This document shows positions 1 to 10,200 of a DNA stretch of 64,000 bases, in pieces. The notes below the pieces were generated by a model, which was not told where the DNA came from, made no database searches, and saw only the letters and a program-made list of their open reading frames with translations. The stretch's first letter is position 1. Every line of letters begins with the position of its first letter. A program made the position numbers and the translations under genes. Origin of the DNA: an uncultured Candidatus Binatia bacterium (GTDB lineage Bacteria; Desulfobacterota; Binatia; UBA9968; CAXXLF01). The stretch spans positions 1,632,001-1,696,000 of the forward strand of contig OZ244621.1 of assembly GCA_965218425.1 (NCBI GenBank), given 5' to 3'.

Positions 1-159
1 GTTTCCCATTTGGGCACTTCACGCCGAAGATTTCGAATTGCGTGGTGAATCTCTCTCTCAGTCACTGTGGTGGATTTTTCAACCTCAATTAGATAGATTG
101 GCTAGAGTTCTTTTTTCTAGCATAGATTTCAGTCAAGAGAAACTTTTTTTGGCCCGGTT

Positions 160-732
160 ATGGCACCTGATACGATTTCATCTATCCTGCAATCGCGGGA
201 ACCCAAAATTCTCGCCGCAGACAACTATCGTCCCGCTGCAGTGTTGATCCCCCTCCAAGAAAGGGCAGATGGAAACCACTTGATTCTGACGCAAAGGGCC
301 GAGGGGCTCAATTCCCATAGCGGCCAGGTGGCCTTTCCTGGAGGTAGTTTAGAACCGGGGGATCCAGGACCCGTCGACGCGGCCCTACGTGAAAGCCAGG
401 AGGAAGTTGGAATCGACCCTCGTCACGTGCGCATTTTAGGGCAGCTTGACCAGGTCACTGCGGCTTCAAGCTTTCTGGTGACTCCATTCGTTGGGGTGAT
501 CCCCTTCCCCTACGAATTTGCCTTGAACCCCAGCGAGACCGCTGCGGTCTTTTCCGTACCGGTATCCGCCCTCCTGAAACCCAATTGTATGACGGTTGGC
601 CCGCGTCCCCTTAATCCGCGGGGCCCCACCTACCACTTTCAATACCAGCAATGGGATATCTGGGGAGCCACGGCAAAGATGATCAAACAACTTTTGGAGC
701 TGGCCTATGACTTTAAAGCTGAATACCACTAG
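160..732 (+). CDS. Nudix hydrolase, CoA pyrophosphatase (NudL/PCD1-like)
   Basis: AAVLIPL, HSGQVAFPGG and Nudix box AALRESQEEVG; C-terminal IWGATA. Confidence 0.9.
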   Translation: MAPDTISSILQSREPKILAADNYRPAAVLIPLQERADGNHLILTQRAEGLNSHSGQVAFPGGSLEPGDPGPVDAALRESQEEVGIDPRHVRILGQLDQVTAASSFLVTPFVGVIPFPYEFALNPSETAAVFSVPVSALLKPNCMTVGPRPLNPRGPTYHFQYQQWDIWGATAKMIKQLLELAYDFKAEYH

Positions 733-734
733 CG

Positions 735-1178
735 CGTCAGTTTGGCTGTTGTTTCTTTCCCTCAATTTCCTTGCCTGTATCCCTTCCGCTCATTTGCACA
801 TGCAGGACAAGGGCTAACTGACCCACGCTCATTTAGAGCAACTCCTCTCAGCATGCCCTTTATCTCCGGATAAGAATATCCGGGCGACCTCCTTGGGCAA
901 GGGCAAAGGGTGAGTCACCACCTGGTGCAAATGACCGTGAGACACCCCACGTCCACAGGACCCACGACCTGACAGTGTTGATGCCAAAAGGAAAGGGCTA
1001 TCTCGCGTTGGAACAAAAGCGGTTGGAACTGAGGAGGGGAGACGTCCTTTTTATTCCATAGGGCTCGGTCCATTACTTCGTCAACACCTCCTCTGAACCG
1101 TCGGTTGGATTGGCCGTCTTTTCTCCGGTTTTTAAGGGAAAGGATTCCATCCCTGTGGGTGAAGCTCCCACTCGCTAA
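735..1178 (+). pseudogene. Degraded cupin-domain (lipo)protein
   Basis: Manual translation gives VSHHLVQ [frameshift ~931] DRETPHVHRTHDLTV...GDVLFIP*GSVHYFVNT...AVFSP; cupin motifs with in-frame TAG at 1059-1061. Confidence 0.6.
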
Positions 1179-1221
1179 AGGGTCTTGCCGCTTCAACGGT
1201 ACAATTGTGAAACCTCGCCCC

Positions 1222-1962
1222 TTAACGCACGCCTTTTCTCCCGTATCCGGTGTATAGTATTCCGATCTCGGGAGTCAGGCTGAACCCTTCCACTGGTTGT
1301 TTCGTCAATTTATTCCACAAGATGACTGAATAGGACCGGCGCCGGCCCACCCCCTTGGTCTCCACATTTTGGATCCCATTGGCCCTCAATGCAGCTTGCA
1401 GCTCTTGAGGGCGACGAAACCGTTTCCAGTTCAGCGTGCCCGGGGGTATCTTTTTGAGTACGTATTGAAAGCCAATGCTGATGATCGCCAAGGATTTCAA
1501 GGTGCGATTGATTCCGCTGTAGAGGTAAAACCCCTCCGGCTTGAGCACCCGAGCCACATTTGCAATGGCCCTGTGAAGGTCAGAAACATGTTCGAGCACG
1601 AATGAGGTTAACACAACGTCAAATGACGCCTCCGGCAATTGTAGATCCTCCACCGATCCCACGCGATAGTCGATGGAGAGTCCCACTCTCACGGCGTGCT
1701 CCCTAGCGGTCTCAATGGCTCCCGCCCGCACATCGACTCCCGTCACCAGTGCTCCGGCCCTGGCAAAATCCTCCGACAACAATCCTCCTCCACAACCCGC
1801 GTCGAGTATCCTCTTACCCTTAATATCCCCACCCATGGCCTCCATGAAATAACGCATTGTCACCGGATGGGCGGCATGAAGCGAGCTGAGGGCTGCATTC
1901 TTGTCTCTCCATTCTTCCCCCAGTTTTCCATACCAGTCACGGTTCATGGCCTGTGCACTCAC
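1222..1962 (-). CDS. ubiG: 3-demethylubiquinol 3-O-methyltransferase (UbiG-like)
   Basis: LDAGCGGGLLSE SAM motif, VLEHV, INRT motifs. Confidence 0.75.
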   Translation of the reverse strand: MSAQAMNRDWYGKLGEEWRDKNAALSSLHAAHPVTMRYFMEAMGGDIKGKRILDAGCGGGLLSEDFARAGALVTGVDVRAGAIETAREHAVRVGLSIDYRVGSVEDLQLPEASFDVVLTSFVLEHVSDLHRAIANVARVLKPEGFYLYSGINRTLKSLAIISIGFQYVLKKIPPGTLNWKRFRRPQELQAALRANGIQNVETKGVGRRRSYSVILWNKLTKQPVEGFSLTPEIGILYTGYGRKGVR

Positions 1963-2236
1963 TTTGATCTCCTTTTTACCTTTAGCTGAATTCCATAGCT
2001 AAGATGTGTCCGGACCGCCCGCGCAACCGGATTTTTATAGTTCCGCTTCTCTGTGACAGTTCGATAGGCAGGGAAAGGAAACGCGAGAACTCTGGAGCGA
2101 TATCTAACCAAAGGCAGGCACCACTATGCATCACCGCCAACCCGCTGTCAAATCAGGACTAAGGGTCTCTGCGTCGGCGTCCCCACGGGGGAGTGGGTAA
2201 AGGATCTTCATGGATTGGCGGAACGAGTGCCTCCAA

Positions 2237-2245
2237 TGCTATAAT
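2237..2245 (+). promoter_or_regulatory. Extended -10 element (TGcTATAAT) upstream of lnt
   Basis: Consensus match; implies the true lnt start lies downstream of 2210. Confidence 0.4.
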
Positions 2246-2290
2246 TTTACAAATGCCTCTAGACGAGTAAAAATTCAGGCCATTCCTACC

Positions 2291-3829
2291 TTGCAACACG
2301 AGAACCTTAAGAGACGATCCATTTATTATTTGCTTGCGCTATGCTCCGCCATACTGTTAGCAGCGCCGTTTCTTTTTCCCGTTCTGTTTCCAGTAACCTG
2401 GGTATCCCTCATCCCCCTTCTTTGGCTGCTTCAGCGGGTGTCCGTGCGGCAAGCCTTGCTGTTTGGCCTAGGGGTAGGCGGGGTGATGAATCTTTTGGGA
2501 TTTTATTGGCTGAATTACACCATTCGAGTCTTCGGCGGTTTTCCCCACGGTCTAAGTGAGATTATCTGGCTTGGCTTTGCCGTTTACGCGGCCCTACCCG
2601 TGGCTCTCTTCTCCCTGCTCGTTAGATTCTACGGATTGGGTCCACTGGGTCTCTTTCCGGCGCTCTTTTGGGTCACCATTGAATTCTGGTTTCCATTACT
2701 TTTTCCCTGGCACCTGGCCAACAGTCAATCTTACTTCCTAACTCTCATCCAATCCGCCGACCTGATTGGGCCCTACGGCACCAGCTTCGTTCTCGTATGG
2801 GTCAATTCCGTGCTCTATCAAATTGGAGAGGGCGTATTCGTTTCAAAAAGCCGGAAACGGATTCCTGTAACAGAAACGACCATTGTGGGAGCGGTGTTGG
2901 CAGGGTTCCTCGTATACGGCCACGCGAGATTGGCGGCCGTCTCAACGGAAATGGAGGCTGCACCTGCCATCACCGTAGCTGCTGTACAGGGCAATATTAG
3001 TATTCGCACCAAAGGGAACCTTACCTACCTGCAAAGCAACCTGGCCTCTTACAAGGATCTTACCAGCAAAATCCAAGGAGCCCAGTTAGTGGTCTGGCCG
3101 GAATCCGCTGTAGAGGCTTGGGTTCCGCAGAACATGAAGCGGCTCCCACCGCAACTCCCCCTGCCACTTCCTCCTGGTGTCTCATTTTTAATTTTCGGTG
3201 TGAGGAGCCTGGAACGGGATGCGGCCACTTCCAAGACGAAAGTATTCAACAGCGCTTTTCTAGTGGATCGTGAAGGTCAAGTGGTGAGCCGCTATCACAA
3301 ACAGACGCTCCTCGCCTTTGGGGAGTATGTCCCGCTAACGTCAGTACTCTCCCTTCTCCCAGGAATGCCCCCCATTGGCCAGGGATTCAGTCGGGGTGAT
3401 GGCCCGCGCACCCTTGACCTGTCCTCCACCATCCGGTTGGCCCCTCTCATATGCTACGAAGATTTGATGCCGTGGTTATCACGCAGATTTGTGGCCGCAA
3501 GCCATGCCAATCTTCTGGTGAATCTCACCAACGACGGTTGGTTCGGTAACACGGTTGCACCATGGCAACACGCCCGGCTTTCCCAGTGGCGGGCCATCGA
3601 GACCCGTCGGAGCCTGGTGCGGGCCACCAATACCGGCGTGACCACCGTCATCAATCCCAGGGGAGAAATTCTCGAATCCTTGCCGGTGTATTCCACCGGG
3701 GTGTTAAACGTAAAAGTTCCCCTCATGAAGAGCAAAACTTTCTACGTCCGATTTGGCGATTGGTTTACCTGGGTCGCCACAGCGGCGTCACTCAGCATCG
3801 TCATCATACGTCAGCTTTTCCACCACTAA
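2291..3829 (+). CDS. lnt: Apolipoprotein N-acyltransferase (start uncertain; ORF opens at 2210)
   Basis: N-terminal TM helices; VWPES, YHKQTLLAFGEY, ICYED, TNDGWFG and RAIETRR nitrilase-fold motifs. Confidence 0.93.
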   Translation: MQHENLKRRSIYYLLALCSAILLAAPFLFPVLFPVTWVSLIPLLWLLQRVSVRQALLFGLGVGGVMNLLGFYWLNYTIRVFGGFPHGLSEIIWLGFAVYAALPVALFSLLVRFYGLGPLGLFPALFWVTIEFWFPLLFPWHLANSQSYFLTLIQSADLIGPYGTSFVLVWVNSVLYQIGEGVFVSKSRKRIPVTETTIVGAVLAGFLVYGHARLAAVSTEMEAAPAITVAAVQGNISIRTKGNLTYLQSNLASYKDLTSKIQGAQLVVWPESAVEAWVPQNMKRLPPQLPLPLPPGVSFLIFGVRSLERDAATSKTKVFNSAFLVDREGQVVSRYHKQTLLAFGEYVPLTSVLSLLPGMPPIGQGFSRGDGPRTLDLSSTIRLAPLICYEDLMPWLSRRFVAASHANLLVNLTNDGWFGNTVAPWQHARLSQWRAIETRRSLVRATNTGVTTVINPRGEILESLPVYSTGVLNVKVPLMKSKTFYVRFGDWFTWVATAASLSIVIIRQLFHH

Positions 3830-4476
3830 TCCATCTCTTTCTTCACGTTCGTTCTGCGAGCCGACTTCTGTTTTCTCGTTACAAGAACAGTCCACCTGTC
3901 CGGCCACGCCACGACCATTCGATACCCGAGTAGAATCGTGAGGATGCTGCCATATATCAAGGGTTCCCGTTGGTCCGCCTTTACCAACCAGATGTAATGG
4001 ATCACTCCTCCTATGGCGGCCAGATAGACCAGACGGTGCAATTGCTGCCAGCGACGCCCGCCGAGCCTTCGAATCATCCCGCTGGTGGAGGTAAGCGCCA
4101 AAGGGACGAGGAGTAAAAAGCTGACAAATCCCACGGTGATAAAGGGACGCTTCATTACGTCCCCCACCATTTCCGTAAACTCAAAAAATTGATCCAGCCA
4201 GACGTAGGTGGTGACATGCAGGCAGACGTGAAAGAACGCGAACAGGCCCAGCATCCGCCTGAGCCGTATAAGCCAGTGGAGACCCGTTAGTCTACGCAGC
4301 GGCGTCACGCTGAGTACGATCAAAAGAAACACCAAGGTCCATGTTCCCGTTGACCGTGTAATGACCTCAACAGGATTGGCACCCAGGTTATTGGTATAAG
4401 TATTCCAACCCAGGCGGACCATGGGAACAAGGCAGAGCAAGAAAACCGCCACCTTGATTGGGGTCACATAATTCAC
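3826..4476 (-). CDS. msrQ: Methionine sulfoxide reductase heme-binding membrane subunit
   Basis: RRMLGLFAFF, WQQLHRLVY motifs; adjacent to msrP. Confidence 0.93.
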   Translation of the reverse strand: MNYVTPIKVAVFLLCLVPMVRLGWNTYTNNLGANPVEVITRSTGTWTLVFLLIVLSVTPLRRLTGLHWLIRLRRMLGLFAFFHVCLHVTTYVWLDQFFEFTEMVGDVMKRPFITVGFVSFLLLVPLALTSTSGMIRRLGGRRWQQLHRLVYLAAIGGVIHYIWLVKADQREPLIYGSILTILLGYRMVVAWPDRWTVLVTRKQKSARRTNVKKEMD

Positions 4477-4496
4477 AGTTGTGCTTTGAAGGTGGA

Positions 4497-5459
4497 CTAA
4501 TAGTACGCTGTCAGATCCATGCCTTGATACAAAGACGCCACCTGATCCGCATACTCATTGAACATGAGAGTCTTACGCTTGCGAAATTCACCGATACGGC
4601 GCTCCCGTGCTTGACTCCAGCGGGGATGATCCACGTTAGGATTTACATTGGAATAAAAGCCATACTCCCTGGGCGCCGCCTTTTCCCACGAAGTCATGGG
4701 TTGCTTCTCCACAAAACGAATTCGCACAATAGACTTGATGCTCTTGAATCCGTACTTCCAGGGAACCACTAAACGGATGGGCGCCCCGTTCTGGTTGGGA
4801 AGAACCTGGCCGTATAGGCCGATGGCAAAGATGGTCAACGGGTGCATGGCCTCATCCAATCGGAGCCCCTCCACATAGGGCCAATCCAGGACCCTCCTTT
4901 TCTGACCCGGCATCTGTTCAGGGTCATGGAGAGTCGTGAATTCCACATACTTGGCTTTAGAGGTTGGTTCTACCTTTTTGATCAACGCGTTCAGCGGGAA
5001 ACCCACCCACGGGATCACCATGGACCAACCCTCCACGCAGCGCAACCGGTAGATGCGTTCTTGCAGTGGACTCATTTTCATCAGCTCATCGATGTCATAT
5101 TCCTTCTCCCGCCTGACCTCCCCCTCCACCACCACGGTCCAGGGACGGGTCACGAGTCTTTTTGCCTGTTTCGCGGGAGAATATTTATCGGTACCGAATT
5201 CATAGAAGTTATTATAGCTGGTGATGTCCTTGTATGGTGTCTTTAGTTCATCTGTGCTGAATGGGCTCTTTTGCGCCCCTTGGAGCTTCACGCCGCCGAC
5301 CCCTTTTTCGGACTGCACACCCACCGCGGGGAGAACCAATCCAGCGCCCACTGCCACCGCGGTCACGGAGGCGCCCATTAGGAATTGACGGCGATTGAGA
5401 TAGACCTTCTTATCGGTAATCTCGCTTCCCTTGATATCGCTAGGCTTTTTAATCAACAT
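4497..5459 (-). CDS. msrP: Periplasmic methionine sulfoxide reductase, molybdopterin subunit
   Basis: Tat motif [44 protein letters not shown]. Confidence 0.95.
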   Translation of the reverse strand: MLIKKPSDIKGSEITDKKVYLNRRQFLMGASVTAVAVGAGLVLPAVGVQSEKGVGGVKLQGAQKSPFSTDELKTPYKDITSYNNFYEFGTDKYSPAKQAKRLVTRPWTVVVEGEVRREKEYDIDELMKMSPLQERIYRLRCVEGWSMVIPWVGFPLNALIKKVEPTSKAKYVEFTTLHDPEQMPGQKRRVLDWPYVEGLRLDEAMHPLTIFAIGLYGQVLPNQNGAPIRLVVPWKYGFKSIKSIVRIRFVEKQPMTSWEKAAPREYGFYSNVNPNVDHPRWSQARERRIGEFRKRKTLMFNEYADQVASLYQGMDLTAYY

Positions 5460-5497
5460 AGTCTCCCCTTTCAATGGCTCTCATTTCAGTCCGCTTC

Positions 5498-6022
5498 CTA
5501 GTTTTCATCTAGCAGATGACGAATCAACGACTCCGTCTCGCGGTATCCTCCTTCACCAAATCTGGTGTGACGGACAATTCCTTTCTTATCAATCACATGT
5601 AACGTCGGCCAGTAGCGTGTCCCATAACGGTTCCAGGTGGCGAAATCGTTGTCGATGGCCACGGGATACTTAATCCCGAGTTGGGCACTGGCTGCTTGCA
5701 CTTTCTCCCGAGGCTTTTCCCAGAAAAATTCCGGCGAGTGAATACCTATGACCACTAGCCCCTGAGAACCGAAACGCTCATACCAATCCGCCAACCTGGG
5801 GATCGTACGTTTGCAATTGATTCAGCCATAGGTCCAAAACTGCAAAAGGACCACCTTGCCGCGAAGATCCGCCATCTTCAGTGCTGGAGAGTTAATCCAA
5901 ACTTTGTTTCGGATCTCCGGAGCGGGCTGACCGATCAACCTCGCTTCGGCATCAAGTTTTGCAAAATGGAGACTCAGTAAAATAAACAAAACTACTGCAA
6001 ATCGCATGCTATGTGTCTTCAT
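5498..6022 (-). CDS. Exported thioredoxin-fold (TlpA/DipZ-like) redoxin, predicted selenoprotein (UxxC)
   Basis: ORFs 5822-6052 and 5498-5794 are in one frame joined by TGA (5822-5824): FWTYG-*-INCKRTIPRL; signal peptide; GGAGG RBS. Confidence 0.85.
5772..5812 (-). promoter_or_regulatory. Candidate bacterial SECIS hairpin
   Basis: Begins 9 nt after UGA: AAACG/CGUUU basal stem, GAUCC/GGAUU and CCA/UGG upper stem, G-containing apical loop ~24 nt from UGA. Confidence 0.55.
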
Positions 6023-6048
6023 CCCGCTTACCTCCATTGAACCGTGTT

Positions 6049-6813
6049 TCATTGCTTGTCCTTAAGAGCGGGCCAGTTTTTATTGGCCTTAACCATATAA
6101 TCGGGAATATCCTTTTCCCATATTCTCGCCACCCCCGGACTCAAGTTGAGATAGAGCTTGCCATCGATGATTTCCCAAGCTGTCGGGTCAATGTCCGCGG
6201 TGATTCCCTGGCTTACCGCGGAGTCCATGGGACGAACCTTATTGCGCAGTGCCGCCTGCAGCATCCGCCGTGCCCCGCAGACCCTGGAGCGGAACCTGCT
6301 GATGGAACATTCCATTACCCGGGCGCCGTCGCGGTAACTCAGCTCTTCGATGTCCACCAGGATGAGCGCCAAGCGGTGCGCCTCAGGGAGCATTTTGACA
6401 GCCTTCTCCACCTCCCCCTGGCTGCATTGTGAGACGGATAGATTGTGGATGGATCCACCGTTTTGCTGTGGAGGATCCCAATCAATAGTTGCCTGAACAC
6501 CCACTCTTTTCCGATAGCGGCGGTTGAAGATTCTTCGCAAGATGCACAGGAGCCACACCCGGGCGTTGGTATCCGCATTATAAGAACTGAAACGTCCGTG
6601 GGCCTGTAGGTAGGTTTCTTGAACCAAGCCTTCCGCCATCTCACTGTCCTGTGCGAGGTAAACAGCACAGGTATAGAGCCAGGGGAGCTGGGAGAGGCTC
6701 GCCGCCTCAAACTCTGCCCCGGTTACCTTTTTCCCCTGATCCCCAATAAACGGCCATAGTCGTTCTTTGTAGATCACAGCACAGGCCCATCTCATCGATT
6801 TAAGATCTCCCAT
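6049..6813 (-). CDS. Divergent ECF sigma factor fused to the C-terminal part of a YHS-domain protein
   Basis: Sigma region 2 (AEGLVQETYLQA...WL) and region 4 (LPEAHRLALILVDIEELSY), then AVSQGITADIDPTAWEIIDGKLYLN...ANKNWP. Confidence 0.7.
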   Translation of the reverse strand: MGDLKSMRWACAVIYKERLWPFIGDQGKKVTGAEFEAASLSQLPWLYTCAVYLAQDSEMAEGLVQETYLQAHGRFSSYNADTNARVWLLCILRRIFNRRYRKRVGVQATIDWDPPQQNGGSIHNLSVSQCSQGEVEKAVKMLPEAHRLALILVDIEELSYRDGARVMECSISRFRSRVCGARRMLQAALRNKVRPMDSAVSQGITADIDPTAWEIIDGKLYLNLSPGVARIWEKDIPDYMVKANKNWPALKDKQ

Positions 6814-6856
6814 TTCATTCGAAAGTCGGCCTTGAATTTCACGCTTACATGTCCAG

Positions 6857-6911
6857 ATTATAAAAGAAGGAGATAAAGAACCAATAAAGCGATTGTAAAG
6901 ATACGGTAAAG
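6857..6911 (-). promoter_or_regulatory. Promoter with perfect -10 and four 11-bp-phased direct repeats (OmpR/PhoB-type boxes)
   Basis: TATAAT (minus strand) at 6857-6862; TAAAG (+ strand) at 6874, 6885, 6896, 6907. Confidence 0.65.
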
Positions 6912-6933
6912 ATCGAGGACCTGGGGGAAGGGG

Positions 6934-8013
6934 CTAAAGGGGGACGGTAAACCCTATGCGGGTCTCGGCCAGAGAACTTTCGGCACTCACCTGGCCACCA
7001 TGGGCTTCCACCAACTCCTTAACGATGGCAAGGCCTATACCGGCCCCACCATGTTGACGGGAACGAGACTTTTCGCCTCGGTAGAAACGTTCGAAGACAA
7101 ACGGAAGATCCTCATTGGTGATACCTTCTCCAGTATTGGCGAAGACCCACTTGACGGAAGCCGTGGACCTTTCGGCATAGATCCTGACCTTGCCGCCTGA
7201 GGGGGTGTACTGCCAGGCGTTGTGTAGGAGGTTCCTGAAAACCTGCGCAAGTTTTTCGGGGTCCACGAGCACCTCATAGTTTCCATCAGGAAAAATTTTC
7301 TCAATTTGAATTCCTTTTTCCGCAAACTTGTGCCGGAAGAGTTCCAGGCTGCGTGACCCCATCTCCAGTAGATCCGTTGGCTTTCGTCTCAGGCTTCCCC
7401 TGGATCCCTCCGCATGGGCCAGTTGGAGGAGATCTTCTACCAGTTGGGCCAACCGGACGGTTTCCTCCTGGAGGGACTCCATGGTTTCTTTCGAGGGTGC
7501 CACCACTCCATCGCTCAATGCCTCTAGATATCCCCGGATGTTTGTCAGAGGGGTGCGTAGCTCATGGGCCACATCGATTACCATAGTCTTCCTCAGTTGC
7601 TCGATCCTCTGGAGACTTTCGGCCATTTGATTGAAGGCGGAGGCCAACTGACCGGTCTCGTCGTTGGAAGAGATCCGGACACGGGCGGAATAATCCCCCG
7701 AGGCGATTTTCCTCGTAATCCCTGTCATTTGAGAAAGGGGATTCAATACCTTTCGGGTCAGAAGAAAGCTTAGGAACACCGCAAGGGCCAGGGTAGCAAG
7801 GCTCGCCCATATGAGGGAACGATGGGTGGCTTCCAGAAACATCCTGTGAACGGAGGACGGAGAGATGTTGTACTCATCCATCAACGTCATGAAATAATCC
7901 GAGGCTAGATAGTCGATGGCAAGCCAAACGATGAGAATGACCACGCCGATGACGAGGATGTTGATCCCCAAAAGTTTCCAGAGAAGGCGGCTTTTCATTT
8001 TCAGTCTAATCAT
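6934..8013 (-). CDS. HAMP-containing sensor histidine kinase (BaeS-like)
   Basis: 2 TM, HAMP, AHELRTPL H-box, NLLHNA, GGAGIGLAI. Confidence 0.93.
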   Translation of the reverse strand: MIRLKMKSRLLWKLLGINILVIGVVILIVWLAIDYLASDYFMTLMDEYNISPSSVHRMFLEATHRSLIWASLATLALAVFLSFLLTRKVLNPLSQMTGITRKIASGDYSARVRISSNDETGQLASAFNQMAESLQRIEQLRKTMVIDVAHELRTPLTNIRGYLEALSDGVVAPSKETMESLQEETVRLAQLVEDLLQLAHAEGSRGSLRRKPTDLLEMGSRSLELFRHKFAEKGIQIEKIFPDGNYEVLVDPEKLAQVFRNLLHNAWQYTPSGGKVRIYAERSTASVKWVFANTGEGITNEDLPFVFERFYRGEKSRSRQHGGAGIGLAIVKELVEAHGGQVSAESSLAETRIGFTVPL

Positions 8014-8713
8014 CCCACTCGGCTAATTGGTAGCCGATACCCCTCACGGTTAACAGGTATCTAGGTTTTGATATGTCAGGCTCGATCTTCTGCCTGAGCT
8101 TTCCGATGTGAACATCGATGACGCGATCGATGACCGCCTCACCGTGGGGATAGAGGTGATTGAGTAGTTCCTCCCGTGAGAAGACACGCCCTGGAGACTC
8201 CATTAGGATTTGGAGGAGCTTGAACTCGAAACTCGTGAGTGAAATCGGCCGGCCCTTCAGGGTTACTCTCCGCTTTTCAGGATCCAGGGCAAGCCCCCCT
8301 TGAGACCCCAACTCTTTTCCCTGGGACACATCTGGACTCACTCGCCGTAGTATGGCTTTTACCCTGGCTGTCAACTCCCTGGGGCTAAAAGGCTTCACAA
8401 CGTAATCATCGGCGCCCAGGGATAAGCCCAGGACCCGGTCCATCTCTTCTTCCCTGGCTGTGAGAATCAGGATGGGGACATTGGAGGACTGCCTCAGCTC
8501 CTTGCAGATCTCCCACCCATCCACATTCGGAAGCATTAAATCCAGGATCACAAACTTTGGGTGGTGCCGTTTTGCCAGGTCCAGACCCTTGTGGCCATCG
8601 TAGGCCGTGACGGTCTTGAACCCCTCCCTCTCAAGGTAAAGGGCCACCAGGGAGGCCGTCTTTTTATCGTCCTCTACGATCAAAATGGGTCCTGATTTAC
8701 CCGGGCGATCCAT
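8006..8713 (-). CDS. OmpR-family response regulator
   Basis: IVEDD, LDLMLP, KPFSPREL; winged helix VDVHIGKLRQK...TVRGIGY. Confidence 0.93.
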   Translation of the reverse strand: MDRPGKSGPILIVEDDKKTASLVALYLEREGFKTVTAYDGHKGLDLAKRHHPKFVILDLMLPNVDGWEICKELRQSSNVPILILTAREEEMDRVLGLSLGADDYVVKPFSPRELTARVKAILRRVSPDVSQGKELGSQGGLALDPEKRRVTLKGRPISLTSFEFKLLQILMESPGRVFSREELLNHLYPHGEAVIDRVIDVHIGKLRQKIEPDISKPRYLLTVRGIGYQLAEWDD

Positions 8714-9341
8714 GGTCGATATGAGTGTAGCGGACGGGTGTCGATTATGCACACTCAACCCCAAGGGGGGAAGGCACTTGAATGCCCATTACACTACCCT
8801 ACGGCAAACAGTAGGGAGGGAGTGTTTTTTTAACCACATCCAATTGGGGGAGATGATCGTTACACTATTTTCATTCCTGTTACTTTGGGCTTCGGCAATT
8901 TCCTTCGCTCCCCGGGGAGCGAGCCCCCGGCCGCGCGGGCAACAGGCCAGTGAATATCTGAAGCTGTACCTTCGATGCCCACGGCCTTCCGTCTCACTCC
9001 ACTTCGTCGCTTTTCCGATTTGGAGCCAGAGGGCTTGCACCGAAGAAAGGGAGACGTCCGATACTAGAGGTCAGGCCATACTGGCATGCCAGATCAAATG
9101 ACGGAGCCTCGATGCACAGGCCCACCGGCTCCCGCTGAGGGCAGGCCTCCGAGCCCCAAATCGCATGGGCGAATGAACGTTCCCGCGCCGGGGTAACTGG
9201 AGCGAAGGGATGGCAGCTATTGAAAAAACCAGGCTTAACGCCGGGGAGGATGGGATTAGCACCCCAGGGGACTACACTCTTCGCACTAGAGGCTTTTACG
9301 GCTTGACTTGCGAGAAAGGCCCCACCTAAACTCCAATAGAT

Positions 9342-9926
9342 ATGGACCCTACGGCTCACCATTCGGAAAGGTGCCCGGACTGCAAGGAACGGGTCCGCCG
9401 GTTGCTCACCGCCATATACGGAGAGTGCCGCCTCAACCATACATTCCCATGGCCCACCAGGCCGCACCATTACAGCGGTACTTCCATGGGAAATGCATTG
9501 GATGAAATTCAGCAGCACCTCGACCAACTAAGGGGCTACACCGATTACATCAAAGCGGAATGGATGCCCCCCTGCGATTATTATCTCCCCACGGCAGGCT
9601 TCATCGTAGAGTTTGATGAGAGCCAACACTTCACGGAGCCCCGGCGGCTAGCCCTCGAACACTACCCCCAAGAGTGGGACGCGGGGTTTCCCCTAACGCG
9701 TTGGATTGACCTCTGTCATCAGATCAACGCAAAGGATGATGAGCCCCCGGACCGCGATGAAAGGCGCGCCTGGTACGACACCTTACGGGATCTATTGGCT
9801 CCGTTTCACGGGATGAAACCCACCGTTCGGATTTACGCTGACGATTTTCGTTGGTGCTCCCTCAGTGACGATTCGGCAAAGGATGTGGAAAGGTTTCGCT
9901 CTCTCGTGAAACACCTGCCCTCGTGA
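9342..9926 (+). CDS. Hypothetical protein, possible Vsr/PD-(D/E)xK-like nuclease fold
   Basis: CxxC at N-terminus; CDYYLP...IVEFDESQHFT, RAWYDTLRD. Confidence 0.5.
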   Translation: MDPTAHHSERCPDCKERVRRLLTAIYGECRLNHTFPWPTRPHHYSGTSMGNALDEIQQHLDQLRGYTDYIKAEWMPPCDYYLPTAGFIVEFDESQHFTEPRRLALEHYPQEWDAGFPLTRWIDLCHQINAKDDEPPDRDERRAWYDTLRDLLAPFHGMKPTVRIYADDFRWCSLSDDSAKDVERFRSLVKHLPS

Positions 9927-10200
9927 GTCGTTAAGTCAGTTTCCAATAAGCTGCCGCCAATTGCGCCAAGTGACTCTTTCATAGAGGAGATGGAAGGCTC
10001 GGGGTCTCGCCCCGAAGTGAGGAACGGGTGAAAAGCGCTGAGTTCCGAGTAAGACAGACTCTAAGTCCACGAAGGGAGTGTCGAAGCCCTGGCTGGATTG
10101 CCGCCGGAAGCGTGGAGCGATCATTCGGCATGCTCTTTCTTGGGGCGGCCGAATCGGCTATCTTGAAAACAGCGATGCCAAATCAAGCGGGAGAGTGACT

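Noticed and set aside
1059..1061. In-frame TAG in the cupin remnant as pyrrolysine read-through
   Set aside because: The same gene also has a frameshift and an upstream TAA; ordinary decay is more likely
8765..9340. Long intergenic region as ncRNA or riboswitch
   Set aside because: No motif I can recognise; the short ORFs look spurious
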